Positions 17,137-26,347 of a stretch of DNA of 36,035 nucleotides are shown here, piece by piece (positions within the stretch are counted from its first letter, which is position 1; the number at the start of each line of letters is the position of its first letter). The stretch spans positions 1-36,035 of the forward strand of contig CAYPPF010000001.1 in assembly GCA_964412535.1 (NCBI GenBank), read 5' to 3'. Position numbers and translations under genes: made by a program. The DNA is from an uncultured Gammaproteobacteria bacterium (GTDB lineage Bacteria > Patescibacteriota > Patescibacteriia > Magasanikbacterales > UBA922). A model generated the notes under the pieces. That model saw only the letters and a list, made by a program, of their open reading frames with translations. It ran no database searches and was not told the origin of the DNA.

Positions 17137-17682
17137 ATGACCAAACGCTTGAAAAAAATATCTGAAGAAGTAGTCCACCAAAATCCATGGTGGACGTACA
17201 AGCATGATAAATATCAAAAGCCTAATGGTGAAGAAGGGGACTACTACTATGGAGAAACCAATGGTAATGCAATGGTTGTCCCTGTAACAGAAGATGAAAA
17301 ACTAGTACTAGTTCTCCAGCAAAGGTATATAAATGACAAGCAAAGCATAGAATTCCCTTGCGGAGGGATAGTTGATGGAAAAACACCTTTAGAGACAGCT
17401 AAAAATGAGCTTTTAGAAGAGACTGGGTATATAGCTGATGAATATATCAAGATAGGGGAGTTTGAGGGTCTAAACGGCGTTTTCAAAGATACTTGTCATG
17501 TCTTTTTAGCATATGTTGTTGAGCAGGGAGAACAAAAGTTGGATGATACTGAAGATATAGAAGTGTTACATAGAAGGCCTGATGAATTTGATGAAATGAT
17601 ACGCAAGAATGAGATCTGGGATGGACAGACTCTTGCTTCGTGGGCAATGGTGCATCATCATTTTTTGCATAAGGAATTATGA
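17137..17682 (+). CDS. Nudix hydrolase (ADP-ribose pyrophosphatase-like)
   Basis: EFPCGGIVDGKTPLETAKNELLEETGY (divergent Nudix box), LDDTEDIEV, IWDGQT. Confidence 0.88.
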   Translation: MTKRLKKISEEVVHQNPWWTYKHDKYQKPNGEEGDYYYGETNGNAMVVPVTEDEKLVLVLQQRYINDKQSIEFPCGGIVDGKTPLETAKNELLEETGYIADEYIKIGEFEGLNGVFKDTCHVFLAYVVEQGEQKLDDTEDIEVLHRRPDEFDEMIRKNEIWDGQTLASWAMVHHHFLHKEL

Positions 17683-18686
17683 GAATTTTAGTAACAGGTG
17701 GAGCTGGATTTATTGGATCCAACTTCATCCATTATATGTTAACTAAGTATCCAGATTATGAAATAATCAATCTGGATCTTTTGACATATGCAGGGAATTT
17801 AGAAAATTTAAAAGAATTTGAAAATGATTCTAGGTACAAGTTTGTAAAAGGAGATATATGTGATACTGAATTAGTAAATGGTTTGGTAAAAAATATTGAT
17901 CTAATTATTCACTTTGCAGCAGAGTCTCATGTAGATCGCTCTATCATGGATTCCTCTAGTTTTATAAGAACCAACGTTCTTGGAACACAGATATTACTAG
18001 ATGCAGCTAAGAATAATGGGAATACAAGATTTCACCATATTAGTACTGATGAAGTGTTTGGTTCTTTGGGACCAGATGATCCAGGGTTTAATGAAAGAAA
18101 TACATACGATCCTCGCAGTCCATATAGTGCTTCTAAGGCAGCGGCTGATCATTTAGTAAGAAGCTATTTTCATACTCATGGCTTGCCTATTACAATTTCC
18201 AATTGCTCTAACAACTATGGACCATACATGTTTCCAGAGAAGTTTATTCCTCTTTTCATCACCAACCTAATGGAAGACAAGAAAGTTCCATTATATGGAG
18301 ATGGTGGGAATATACGTGATTGGATCTTTGTGGATGATCATAACAAAGCAGTTGATTTGATTATTCATGAGGGTAAGATTGGCGAGACGTATTGCATAGG
18401 AGGAGATGCTGAAAAAAGTAATAAAGAAATAACATATTTGATTTTGAAACTAATGGGTAAGGATGAAGAAATGATTGAGTATGTGAAAGACAGACTTGGG
18501 CATGACAGAAGATATGCAATAGATTTTTCTAAGATACAAAATGAACTAGGTTGGAAACCAGAAATGGACTTTGAACAGGGTCTTGAAAAAATGATTAAGT
18601 GGTACCAAGATAATGAAGAGTGGTGGGGGAAGATAAAGAGCGGAGAATATATGGAATATTACAAAAAACAATATAAAGAAAGATAG
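17679..18686 (+). CDS. rfbB: dTDP-glucose 4,6-dehydratase
   Basis: TGGAGFIGSNF, HFAAESHVDRS, STDEVFG, YSASKA, DRLGHDRRY. Confidence 0.96.
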   Translation: MRILVTGGAGFIGSNFIHYMLTKYPDYEIINLDLLTYAGNLENLKEFENDSRYKFVKGDICDTELVNGLVKNIDLIIHFAAESHVDRSIMDSSSFIRTNVLGTQILLDAAKNNGNTRFHHISTDEVFGSLGPDDPGFNERNTYDPRSPYSASKAAADHLVRSYFHTHGLPITISNCSNNYGPYMFPEKFIPLFITNLMEDKKVPLYGDGGNIRDWIFVDDHNKAVDLIIHEGKIGETYCIGGDAEKSNKEITYLILKLMGKDEEMIEYVKDRLGHDRRYAIDFSKIQNELGWKPEMDFEQGLEKMIKWYQDNEEWWGKIKSGEYMEYYKKQYKER

Positions 18687-18687
18687 T

Positions 18688-19560
18688 ATGAAAGTATTAA
18701 TAATTGGTAGAGGGTATGTGGGCAATCGTTGCTTTGAAGCATGGGAAGACGTTGTGGTAGCTGAGAATAGGATTAAAAGTAAAGAAGATGTACTTTCCCT
18801 TTTATCTGAGCATGATCCAGATGTAGTATTGAATGCAGCGGGAGTACGAGGTAAGCCTAATGTAGATTGGTGCGAAGACCATGCTTTGGAAACAATACTA
18901 GGTAATACCAAACTTCCAATTACAATAGCAGAAGCTTGCCAGGAAAAAGGAATATACCTTCTTCATATTGGTTCTGGTTGTATATTCTATGGCGATTCTC
19001 CTCATCCAGACAAGAAATGGAGAGAGGAAGATATGGGTAATCCTACAGAAGTAACATACTCTAGAACTAAATGGGCAGCTGATTTAGCACTATCTACTTT
19101 AGATAACGTCGGTATTGCTAGAATACGTATGCCCATTGATTGGATTCCCTCTTCTTTCAACATGATAGACAAGCTAGCTGCTTTTCCTAAAGTAATAGAT
19201 GTAGAGAATAGCGTGAGTATTGTTGATGATATGGTAGATGTTTTCTATCAACTACTAGAAAAAAAAGCTCAAGGTATATTTCATGTTACTAATCCTGGCA
19301 TACTGAAACACAGGGAGATAATAGAGTTGTATGAAAAATTAGTAGACTCAGACCACACCAATGAGTGGATTACTAATGAAGATTTAGTGAAACAAGGTCT
19401 GGCTACTAAAGGAAGATCAAATAACTTCCTGGAATCAAAAAATCTAGAAAAAGTGGGAATAAAGATGAGAGAGGTGCACGAAGCAATGGAAGATACTATG
19501 AAAAAGTATGCTGAAGCAAAGAAAAAAGGGGAGAAGAGTGAAGAATGTTTGAGTTGTTAG
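18688..19560 (+). CDS. NDP-4-keto-6-deoxyglucose epimerase/reductase, eukaryotic NRS/ER (UER1)-like member of the RmlD family
   Basis: NAAGVRGKPNVDWCE, GSGCIF, YSRTK, RIRMPI, VTNPG, RSNNFL. Confidence 0.8.
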   Translation: MKVLIIGRGYVGNRCFEAWEDVVVAENRIKSKEDVLSLLSEHDPDVVLNAAGVRGKPNVDWCEDHALETILGNTKLPITIAEACQEKGIYLLHIGSGCIFYGDSPHPDKKWREEDMGNPTEVTYSRTKWAADLALSTLDNVGIARIRMPIDWIPSSFNMIDKLAAFPKVIDVENSVSIVDDMVDVFYQLLEKKAQGIFHVTNPGILKHREIIELYEKLVDSDHTNEWITNEDLVKQGLATKGRSNNFLESKNLEKVGIKMREVHEAMEDTMKKYAEAKKKGEKSEECLSC

Positions 19561-19576
19561 GGTAATCCAATCAATT

Positions 19577-19607
19577 AAAAAATCACCTAGACAATAGGTG
19601 ATTTTTT
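19577..19607. terminator. Bidirectional intrinsic terminator
   Basis: AAAAAATCACCTA-GACAA-TAGGTGATTTTTT between convergent genes. Confidence 0.88.
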
Positions 19608-19611
19608 GTTG

Positions 19612-19824
19612 CTAGGTATAGATCGAGTACGTGAATAGGATTATTGCAATGATAATAAGGAAAGCACCTGTATAGTGATAGTACTTCTTTTCCTTTCTTA
19701 GATTATGCTTTATTCTAAGTGTATTTAAAACAAAAGATTGGAACTTGTAGACTTGCTTCGGGAAGAGGATTATGATTAGACCAGCTATGAGAAAGATAAT
19801 TGAGCGAATGATATTTAGTTCCAT
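19612..19824 (-). CDS. Small membrane protein (2 TM)
   Basis: Two hydrophobic helices with a basic loop; tight operon spacing. Confidence 0.7.
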   Translation of the reverse strand: MELNIIRSIIFLIAGLIIILFPKQVYKFQSFVLNTLRIKHNLRKEKKYYHYTGAFLIIIAIILFTYSIYT

Positions 19825-19831
19825 ATTTTAT

Positions 19832-20260
19832 TTATAACATCCTATCATCTAGTGCTTCATCCCATTCTTCTAAGGCCTTATCAAGCTCAGCTCGAAGTCC
19901 TCGTTCCTCAATTTGTATATCAGCTTCAAGTTGTGCAATTTCTTTTCTTTCTAGTTCAATTGCTTGAAATTCTTCCCCCGGCTTACCCATATTAGCCTCC
20001 ATTCGGGCGTCATTTTCATGACGACGATTTAGTGCTGCGTCCATTCTTTCTCTAACATCTTCATATTTTTTCTGCAATTCCATGTATTTTTCACGAGCCT
20101 CAGCTACACTAGATTCATCTTCTTGGTTTTCTGAGTCTGGTTCTTCGGGTTGATCTTCTGTTGATTGCTTACACGCATCACAGTTGCCTGGAAAGTTGCC
20201 ATGTTCGCACATGCCGCTTTCTTTGAGACCTGGTTGTCCTTTTTCTCGTTCGTCTACCAT
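19832..20260 (-). CDS. Hypothetical coiled-coil protein with N-terminal C-x-H-x6-C-x2-C motif
   Basis: CEHGNFPGNCDAC, acidic linker, E/R-rich heptads. Confidence 0.75.
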   Translation of the reverse strand: MVDEREKGQPGLKESGMCEHGNFPGNCDACKQSTEDQPEEPDSENQEDESSVAEAREKYMELQKKYEDVRERMDAALNRRHENDARMEANMGKPGEEFQAIELERKEIAQLEADIQIEERGLRAELDKALEEWDEALDDRML

Positions 20261-20296
20261 ATGTTTGGGTTAGATTAATATTGTCCTTGGATACCT

Positions 20297-20746
20297 TCAT
20301 AAATTATCTTTTTCCATAATCAATCCATTTATCGAATATTCCAATTTTTCAGGCTCGTCTGTCCCTATCCTGTATATTTTACCACTCTTCATCCTTATTT
20401 CAACTGCACCAAAGCCAGAAACATTGAAGATCCACATACGAGGCATCCACCAGAAACGTATTCCCCATCCATAGTACCAATGGTTCCTTACTGCTTTTGC
20501 TGATTCTATGTTTTCAAGTAGAAAACGTTTCCTAAATATCCCATAGCCAAACTTGATTCTTAGGTACTTTTCATCAATCATTACGTTAAGCCAGGAAAAG
20601 GAAACAAGGATCAATAATATGACGAGCATATAGCCCAGAATGGCGTAGTCAAGACCTGTTTGTATGAGAACAACACCAAATAGTATTACAATGGCAATTG
20701 TTACAGATATCATTAAATGTCCAATCTGGGTGTGTTTGTATATCAT
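20297..20746 (-). CDS. Hypothetical membrane protein, 2 TM plus PH-like domain
   Basis: LRIKFGYG...IES...WYYGWGIR...AVEI...YRIGTDEPEKL. Confidence 0.75.
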   Translation of the reverse strand: MIYKHTQIGHLMISVTIAIVILFGVVLIQTGLDYAILGYMLVILLILVSFSWLNVMIDEKYLRIKFGYGIFRKRFLLENIESAKAVRNHWYYGWGIRFWWMPRMWIFNVSGFGAVEIRMKSGKIYRIGTDEPEKLEYSINGLIMEKDNL

Positions 20747-20857
20747 ATTATTTTATTGAAATACTCTAATAATATAATACCATCTAGAGAAAAGGAGTAC
20801 AATGTTTTATTTTTCTTGATTTGGTGCTAGAATAGGAAGCAATATATATATTAATCT

Positions 20858-22369
20858 ATGAGAAGAAAAATACCATCAACAATGGCTACCCAGCATCCTG
20901 ATAATGCTGGTGCTCCTTTTTGGGAACAAGATGGAGATGGTTTTATCAGTATTCATGAAGAGCTTGATGAATGCGTGTCTTGCTTTCAAAAACTTTCTGT
21001 TGATGAATTTATGTGGGATTGGGAAGGTAAGTACGCTGATGAAGCAGTAGTTGAGAAATTGTTTTCTAATTATTATGATTTTTTCAAGAAAAAGCAGCTA
21101 AGTAAGGATATATTCCTTACATTCCGCTTACCTAACATCTGGCATGAAAAAGGGTATAGTTTACTTAGGGCGTTGATGGTTATATTGACTAGTGAGGATC
21201 TTTCTCATGATTTGAAGCTTAAAAGACCTCTATTTGAAGTAATACTACCTATGACGGAAAAAGCAGAGCAATTATTGTATATTCAAAATTGCTTTACTAA
21301 ACTTGCTCGCTTCAAATCAAAAGAATTCAAGCATCAGTTGAGGAAAAACAGTGATTATTTGGAAATTATTCCTTTAGTTGAAGATGTGGCAGGCCAAGTG
21401 GGAATTCGTAAGATTTTAGATAAGTACGTAGAACTTCATCAAAAACAGTTTAAAAATAAGCCAAAGTATTTGCGAGTTTTCTTGGCTCGTAGTGATCCAG
21501 CCCTGTCTTCCGGTCTAGTGGCAAATGTTTTGGCTAACAAGATTGCTCTGTCAGAGATAGAAGCATTTGGTAAGGATTATAAAATGCCAGTACACCCTAT
21601 TATTGGGGCTGGAGGATTGGTGTTTAGGGGTGGACTAAATCCAGAAAATGTTAAGAATTTTGTAAAACAGTATCAAGGAGTAAAGACAGTAACTATTCAA
21701 TCTTCTTTTAGATATGACTACCCTTTGTCAAAAGTTAAGAAAAGCATAGAGTATTTGCAGAAAAAGCTACCCTTGTCTAAAGCTGTTGACGTTCCTTTAA
21801 AAGATGCTAAGGTTTTGAAAAAAATCATTAACTTATCCAAAGGCTACTATAACGAGGAGATTGCTAAAATTAGTCAGGACATGATTCCATTTTTCGATGC
21901 TGTTCCAAGGCGGCGTGAAAGAAGGCTACATATTGGATTTCTCTCATACAAGAGAAAGGTTGCTGGGAATAACTTACCAAGGGCTATTGCTTTTACAGCT
22001 GCTTTCTATTCCATTGGAGTACCACCAGAATTTATTGGCCTAGGAAAAACCTTGAAAGAACTTTCTGACGATGAGTTTAAAGTGCTTTACAAGTACTATC
22101 CGTATTTAAAAAATGATATACAGGAGGCAGGTAGGTATCTGAATAAAGAAAACTTAACTAAATTAGTAAAGAAAAATAGTGGATGGAAGGATGTTATGGA
22201 AAGCATTAGATTATGCGAAGAGAAGTTAGATATAGAACTAGGACCTAAAAGCAAGTTAGATTGTTTGCATAAAAATATTACAGCTAATGTGTTGATCCTC
22301 AAAAAGAACAAGGAACGAGTGCATGAACTAATGATAGAGACTGGGAAGATACGGAAAAGTCTGGGTTAA
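20858..22369 (+). CDS. ppcA: Phosphoenolpyruvate carboxylase, archaeal type
   Basis: IPSTMATQHPDNA, EFMWDWEGK, RVFLARSDPAL, FRGGL, TIQSSFRYD, LPRAIAFTAAFYSIGVPPE; about 500 aa. Confidence 0.95.
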   Translation: MRRKIPSTMATQHPDNAGAPFWEQDGDGFISIHEELDECVSCFQKLSVDEFMWDWEGKYADEAVVEKLFSNYYDFFKKKQLSKDIFLTFRLPNIWHEKGYSLLRALMVILTSEDLSHDLKLKRPLFEVILPMTEKAEQLLYIQNCFTKLARFKSKEFKHQLRKNSDYLEIIPLVEDVAGQVGIRKILDKYVELHQKQFKNKPKYLRVFLARSDPALSSGLVANVLANKIALSEIEAFGKDYKMPVHPIIGAGGLVFRGGLNPENVKNFVKQYQGVKTVTIQSSFRYDYPLSKVKKSIEYLQKKLPLSKAVDVPLKDAKVLKKIINLSKGYYNEEIAKISQDMIPFFDAVPRRRERRLHIGFLSYKRKVAGNNLPRAIAFTAAFYSIGVPPEFIGLGKTLKELSDDEFKVLYKYYPYLKNDIQEAGRYLNKENLTKLVKKNSGWKDVMESIRLCEEKLDIELGPKSKLDCLHKNITANVLILKKNKERVHELMIETGKIRKSLG

Positions 22370-22382
22370 TTGAGTGGGATTA

Positions 22383-22409
22383 AAAAAACAGGCTAAAAGC
22401 CTGTTTTTT
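22383..22409. terminator. Bidirectional intrinsic terminator
   Basis: AAAAAACAGGCT-AAA-AGCCTGTTTTTT. Confidence 0.88.
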
Positions 22410-22416
22410 GTTTAAA

Positions 22417-22623
22417 TTAATCCTTTATTTTCTTAAAACGAGGCACTCTTTTATTATTTATTACAATATCTTCAAGAAACATTTTTTTAGTCCTTGCCCA
22501 TATTTTCTTGTCCCCGTACAGTGCTTTGTATACAACTAACTCTTCTTTAGTTTTCCTATGTGTTGCAACACAAATAACTTCGTACAATTCCCCTTTATGA
22601 TGTTGGTACTTTCCTGTTTTCAT
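22417..22623 (-). CDS. DUF1653 family protein
   Basis: GKYQHHKGELYEV...ATH...EELVVYKALYG...WAR...MF...PRF. Confidence 0.9.
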   Translation of the reverse strand: MKTGKYQHHKGELYEVICVATHRKTKEELVVYKALYGDKKIWARTKKMFLEDIVINNKRVPRFKKIKD

Positions 22624-22630
22624 TTTCTAG

Positions 22631-23191
22631 TTAGTTACCTAGTGTTTCTTGAAAGAAATTATTTACTTCCGGATTCTTAGATACTATATCCCTAACCATC
22701 TTCTGAGTGTCTTTGTCTAACCTGTCATACATGAATTTTATTTTACGTCTGGTTTCCTCAGCTCCTCTTTCTTTCAGAAATGATGGTAGTCTCTGAACAA
22801 AGTATGCCACACTATCTGCTCTTTTCACTAATTCAGCATCTTCATCACCACCAACTTCATGATTTTGTACTAAATACCTTACTCTTTCAATACTATCGGT
22901 ATCAAAATCAAACTTATCTAATATTTCACATAATATCTTAGCTGAGTTTTCAGCATGAGCCTTCTTATATTCATCGTAGTTATCAAAATATTCTTTCCTT
23001 GTTTTTCTGTCTGGAAAATACCTTTCTATATCATGTCCCAGTGTGGCAATCTGTACTATCTCACTAGCATCAGGCTTTATCTTCAGTAGGTATTCCCAGG
23101 ATGTTTTAAGGTGACTTAATTCTACCTCTGGTGAATAGGCATTCTTAGCTAATTTTTCTATTTCTTTTTTAATTAGATCAAACTTGCTCAT
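22631..23191 (-). CDS. HD-domain protein (DUF4202-like)
   Basis: H...GHDIER...YKKAHA...HE...AD motif set. Confidence 0.8.
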   Translation of the reverse strand: MSKFDLIKKEIEKLAKNAYSPEVELSHLKTSWEYLLKIKPDASEIVQIATLGHDIERYFPDRKTRKEYFDNYDEYKKAHAENSAKILCEILDKFDFDTDSIERVRYLVQNHEVGGDEDAELVKRADSVAYFVQRLPSFLKERGAEETRRKIKFMYDRLDKDTQKMVRDIVSKNPEVNNFFQETLGN

Positions 23192-23340
23192 AATATTTTT
23201 ATTTCCAAATTCTTTTCATATTAATTTCTTCCTTGTTTTCCTCCAGTAGTTAGAATTTCTCTGTATATACTACCATTCAACCACCCTTGGGTCAAAATTC
23301 TACATCAAAAATCACCATAAACAAGCTATTTTCACAGATA

Positions 23341-23369
23341 TTTACTTTTCCCCGTATTTTTGCTAATAT
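23341..23369 (+). promoter_or_regulatory. Sigma70 promoter for the glycosylation operon
   Basis: TTTACT-17-TAATAT with extended -10 TG. Confidence 0.55.
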
Positions 23370-23398
23370 ACTACTGTTAATTTAGCTAATTTTTTTGT

Positions 23399-24475
23399 AT
23401 GCCTGTTTCTTTTTTAGACGATTTAACTAAAATCAAAAAACTAGATTCCCAAAATATGCTGGGAAGCCTTCAGTTGTTAGGAAAACAAGTGGAACAAGTG
23501 TGGGAAGTAGCCCAAAAACTAAAAGTTCCTGTTAATCATTCAAAGACTGATCGCATTGTTGTCCTTGGAATGGGGGGTAGTGCTCTAGGGGCTGATGTGA
23601 TAAAAAGAATGTATGCTGAAGAATTGAGAGTACCTCTTGAAGTTGTTAATGACTACCATCTGCCTAGAATGGTAAATAACAAGACCTTGGTAGTAGCTTC
23701 TAGCTACTCTGGTAACACTGAAGAGGTAATATCAGGTGCAAAAGAAGCTAAAAAAAGAAAAGTTAAGCTATTAGTTATCACTTCTGGCGGAAAGTTGGGC
23801 ACATGGGCAAAGAAGAATAATATACCTGCATTAGTTTTCCCTACTGATAATAATCCATGCAAATCTCCTAGAATGGGAATTGGATACTCCATCGTAGGAC
23901 AAATAGTACTATTTTCCAAGGCCGGGCTGCTGAGGTTAAGTCAGAAGAAGGTAAAAGAGGTGGTAAAAACCATTGCTTTGTATGATACAAAGTATGGAAC
24001 ACTCACTCCATTAAAAGAAAATACAGCAAAACAAGTAGCAAGAAAAACAGTGAACAAAAGTATCTGGTATATTGCTTCAGAACATTTAATAGGCAATGCT
24101 CATGTTGCGGCTAACCAAATGAATGAAAATGGGAAGAGATTTGCTGGGTATTTCACTATTCCAGAGTTGAATCACCACTTACTGGAGGGGATGATTAATC
24201 CTATAAGCAACAAAAAAGAACTATTATTCGTTACAATAGAGTCAGAATTATACGACAAAAGGACGCAAAAAAGGTATTCAGTGACTAAAAAGGTGCTAAA
24301 AAAGACAAATATCAACTATACAGAGTACGAATGTAAGGAAGCAGACAAACTATTACAAGTATGCGAAGTACTTGTATTTGCCAGCTACCTAAGCTACTAT
24401 TCTGCTATATTGAAAAAGATTGACCCCACTGATATACCTTTTGTAGACTATTTCAAGAAACAAATGAAAAAATAA
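23399..24475 (+). CDS. Bifunctional phosphoglucose/phosphomannose isomerase (SIS domain)
   Basis: GMGGSALG, SYSGNTEE, SGGKL, SPR, QMNENGK, PELNHH, DPTDIPFVDYFK. Confidence 0.9.
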   Translation: MPVSFLDDLTKIKKLDSQNMLGSLQLLGKQVEQVWEVAQKLKVPVNHSKTDRIVVLGMGGSALGADVIKRMYAEELRVPLEVVNDYHLPRMVNNKTLVVASSYSGNTEEVISGAKEAKKRKVKLLVITSGGKLGTWAKKNNIPALVFPTDNNPCKSPRMGIGYSIVGQIVLFSKAGLLRLSQKKVKEVVKTIALYDTKYGTLTPLKENTAKQVARKTVNKSIWYIASEHLIGNAHVAANQMNENGKRFAGYFTIPELNHHLLEGMINPISNKKELLFVTIESELYDKRTQKRYSVTKKVLKKTNINYTEYECKEADKLLQVCEVLVFASYLSYYSAILKKIDPTDIPFVDYFKKQMKK

Positions 24476-24477
24476 CT

Positions 24478-25329
24478 ATGGATCTTAGCATAATCACAGT
24501 TACATGGAATTCAGCAGATAGAATAGCAGAGCAAATAAACTCTGCTGTTTTAGGTTGCAGAGAAATTAGTTTTGAACAGATTGTGATTGACAACGGATCA
24601 AAAGACAAGACCTGTGAGATAGTAGAAAAAGATTTTCCTAATGTGAAGTTAATTAAGAATCAAAAGAATAAAGGATTTGCTGGAGCAAACAACCAGGGAG
24701 TGGAAATTGCTCAAGGAAAATACATCCTCTTCCTTAATCCAGACATGAGAGTGGAGCAGGGGAGTCTAGACACGATTGTTAGGTGGGTGGAACATAAAGA
24801 GAAGATAGGAATAGCTAGTTGCAAGCTGGTTCATTCAGATGGGAAATTATGTGAGGATGCAAAACCAAGAAGGTTCCCTAAAGTCTGGGAACGGATATTA
24901 CTAATACTAAAGTTACCTCATTTGGTTCCAATGATTCTTGATCATTATATGATGAAGGATTTTAATTCTGAGGTTGAACAAGAAGTGGATTCTGTTAGAG
25001 GTTCTTTTATGCTAGTAAGAAAAGAATTAACTGAAAAACTTGGTTGGGGATTTGATCCTCGCTATTTTATCTGGTGGGAAGATGTAGACCTGTGTAGAGA
25101 GGCTAAAAAACTAGGATACAAAGTGATATATACACCGATAATAACCTGTGTTGACTACGTGGGCCAAAGCTTTAAGCAACAAAAAAGCTCTTGGAAGCAG
25201 AAAAACTTCACTAAAAGCATGGTAATATATTCCCAAAAGTGGGAACCTTGGTATAAATGGATATGGATCAAGATATCTAGACCTATTGGGATGCTACTCT
25301 CCCTATTAAATGATATTTTTGGAATATGA
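24478..25329 (+). CDS. Glycosyltransferase family 2 (WbbL-like)
   Basis: IDNGSKD, GFAGANN, LNPD, FDPRYFIWWEDVDLC. Confidence 0.92.
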   Translation: MDLSIITVTWNSADRIAEQINSAVLGCREISFEQIVIDNGSKDKTCEIVEKDFPNVKLIKNQKNKGFAGANNQGVEIAQGKYILFLNPDMRVEQGSLDTIVRWVEHKEKIGIASCKLVHSDGKLCEDAKPRRFPKVWERILLILKLPHLVPMILDHYMMKDFNSEVEQEVDSVRGSFMLVRKELTEKLGWGFDPRYFIWWEDVDLCREAKKLGYKVIYTPIITCVDYVGQSFKQQKSSWKQKNFTKSMVIYSQKWEPWYKWIWIKISRPIGMLLSLLNDIFGI

Positions 25330-26345
25330 AGCTTTCAGTACATCTAGTAACATGGAATGGGGAGAGATATATCAGATATCTTTTTGATTCTTTGAAAAAT
25401 CAAACCTTTAGAGATTGGAAACTGGTAGTATTGGATAATGGATCACAGGATAATACTGTATTTAACATCAGAAAAGAATTAACAGACTTTCCTTTTGAAA
25501 GTGAACTAATTGAAGGCAGTGAAAATATAGGATTTGCCAATGGACACAATCTTTTATACAAAAAAGCTAACTCAGAATATTTCCTTCTCCTTAACCAAGA
25601 CATGTGGTTAAGTAAGGATTGCTTGGAAAAACTAGTAAGGTTTTTAGACAATAACAATAATACAGCCTCTGTGAGCCCCAGATTAATGCGTTGGGATTTT
25701 GATAAGATTGAAAATGAATTAGGATTTACTAACCATATTGATTCTCTAGGACTCAAGCCAATGTATAACAAGAGAGTGACAGAACTAGGGGCCCAAGAAG
25801 AGTGGAAAGATAGCGGAGAAACAAAAAAAGAAGTATTTGGAGTATCAGGAGCCTTGCCAATGTACAGAAAAACAGCTATTGAGGCTGTAAAATTCTCTAA
25901 TGGTAGTTTTTTTGATGAGCTATATCATTCATACAAAGAAGATGTTGATTTGGCCTTTAGGCTAAGATCCGCAGGGTATGATTCGTTTGTGGTACTTGAT
26001 ACAGAGGCATATCATGACAGGTCTGGAGTTGGTTTGGGTGAACTCGGAGACATGGTTGCTTTGAAAAACAAAAAAGGACAGTCTGAATGGATAAAATATC
26101 ATAGTTACAAAAATCATCTAATGACTTTGTACAAGAATGAATACTGTCAGAATCTTTTAATTGATTTCCCATCTATTCTATGGTACGAATTAAAGAAGTT
26201 CTTCTTCTTTCTTTTTTTTGATGCTAAGGTTCTAAGAGGGTGGAAGGAAATTTGGAGAAATAGAAAAGTGTTAAAGAAAAAAAGGAAAGAAATAAAAGAA
26301 AAAAGGAAAACATCTTGGAGAAAGATGAGAAAATGGTGGAAATAA
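25326..26345 (+). CDS. Glycosyltransferase family 2
   Basis: LDNGSQD, GFANGHN, LNQD, YKEDVDLAFR. Confidence 0.92.
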   Translation: MKLSVHLVTWNGERYIRYLFDSLKNQTFRDWKLVVLDNGSQDNTVFNIRKELTDFPFESELIEGSENIGFANGHNLLYKKANSEYFLLLNQDMWLSKDCLEKLVRFLDNNNNTASVSPRLMRWDFDKIENELGFTNHIDSLGLKPMYNKRVTELGAQEEWKDSGETKKEVFGVSGALPMYRKTAIEAVKFSNGSFFDELYHSYKEDVDLAFRLRSAGYDSFVVLDTEAYHDRSGVGLGELGDMVALKNKKGQSEWIKYHSYKNHLMTLYKNEYCQNLLIDFPSILWYELKKFFFFLFFDAKVLRGWKEIWRNRKVLKKKRKEIKEKRKTSWRKMRKWWK

Positions 26346-26347
26346 CT

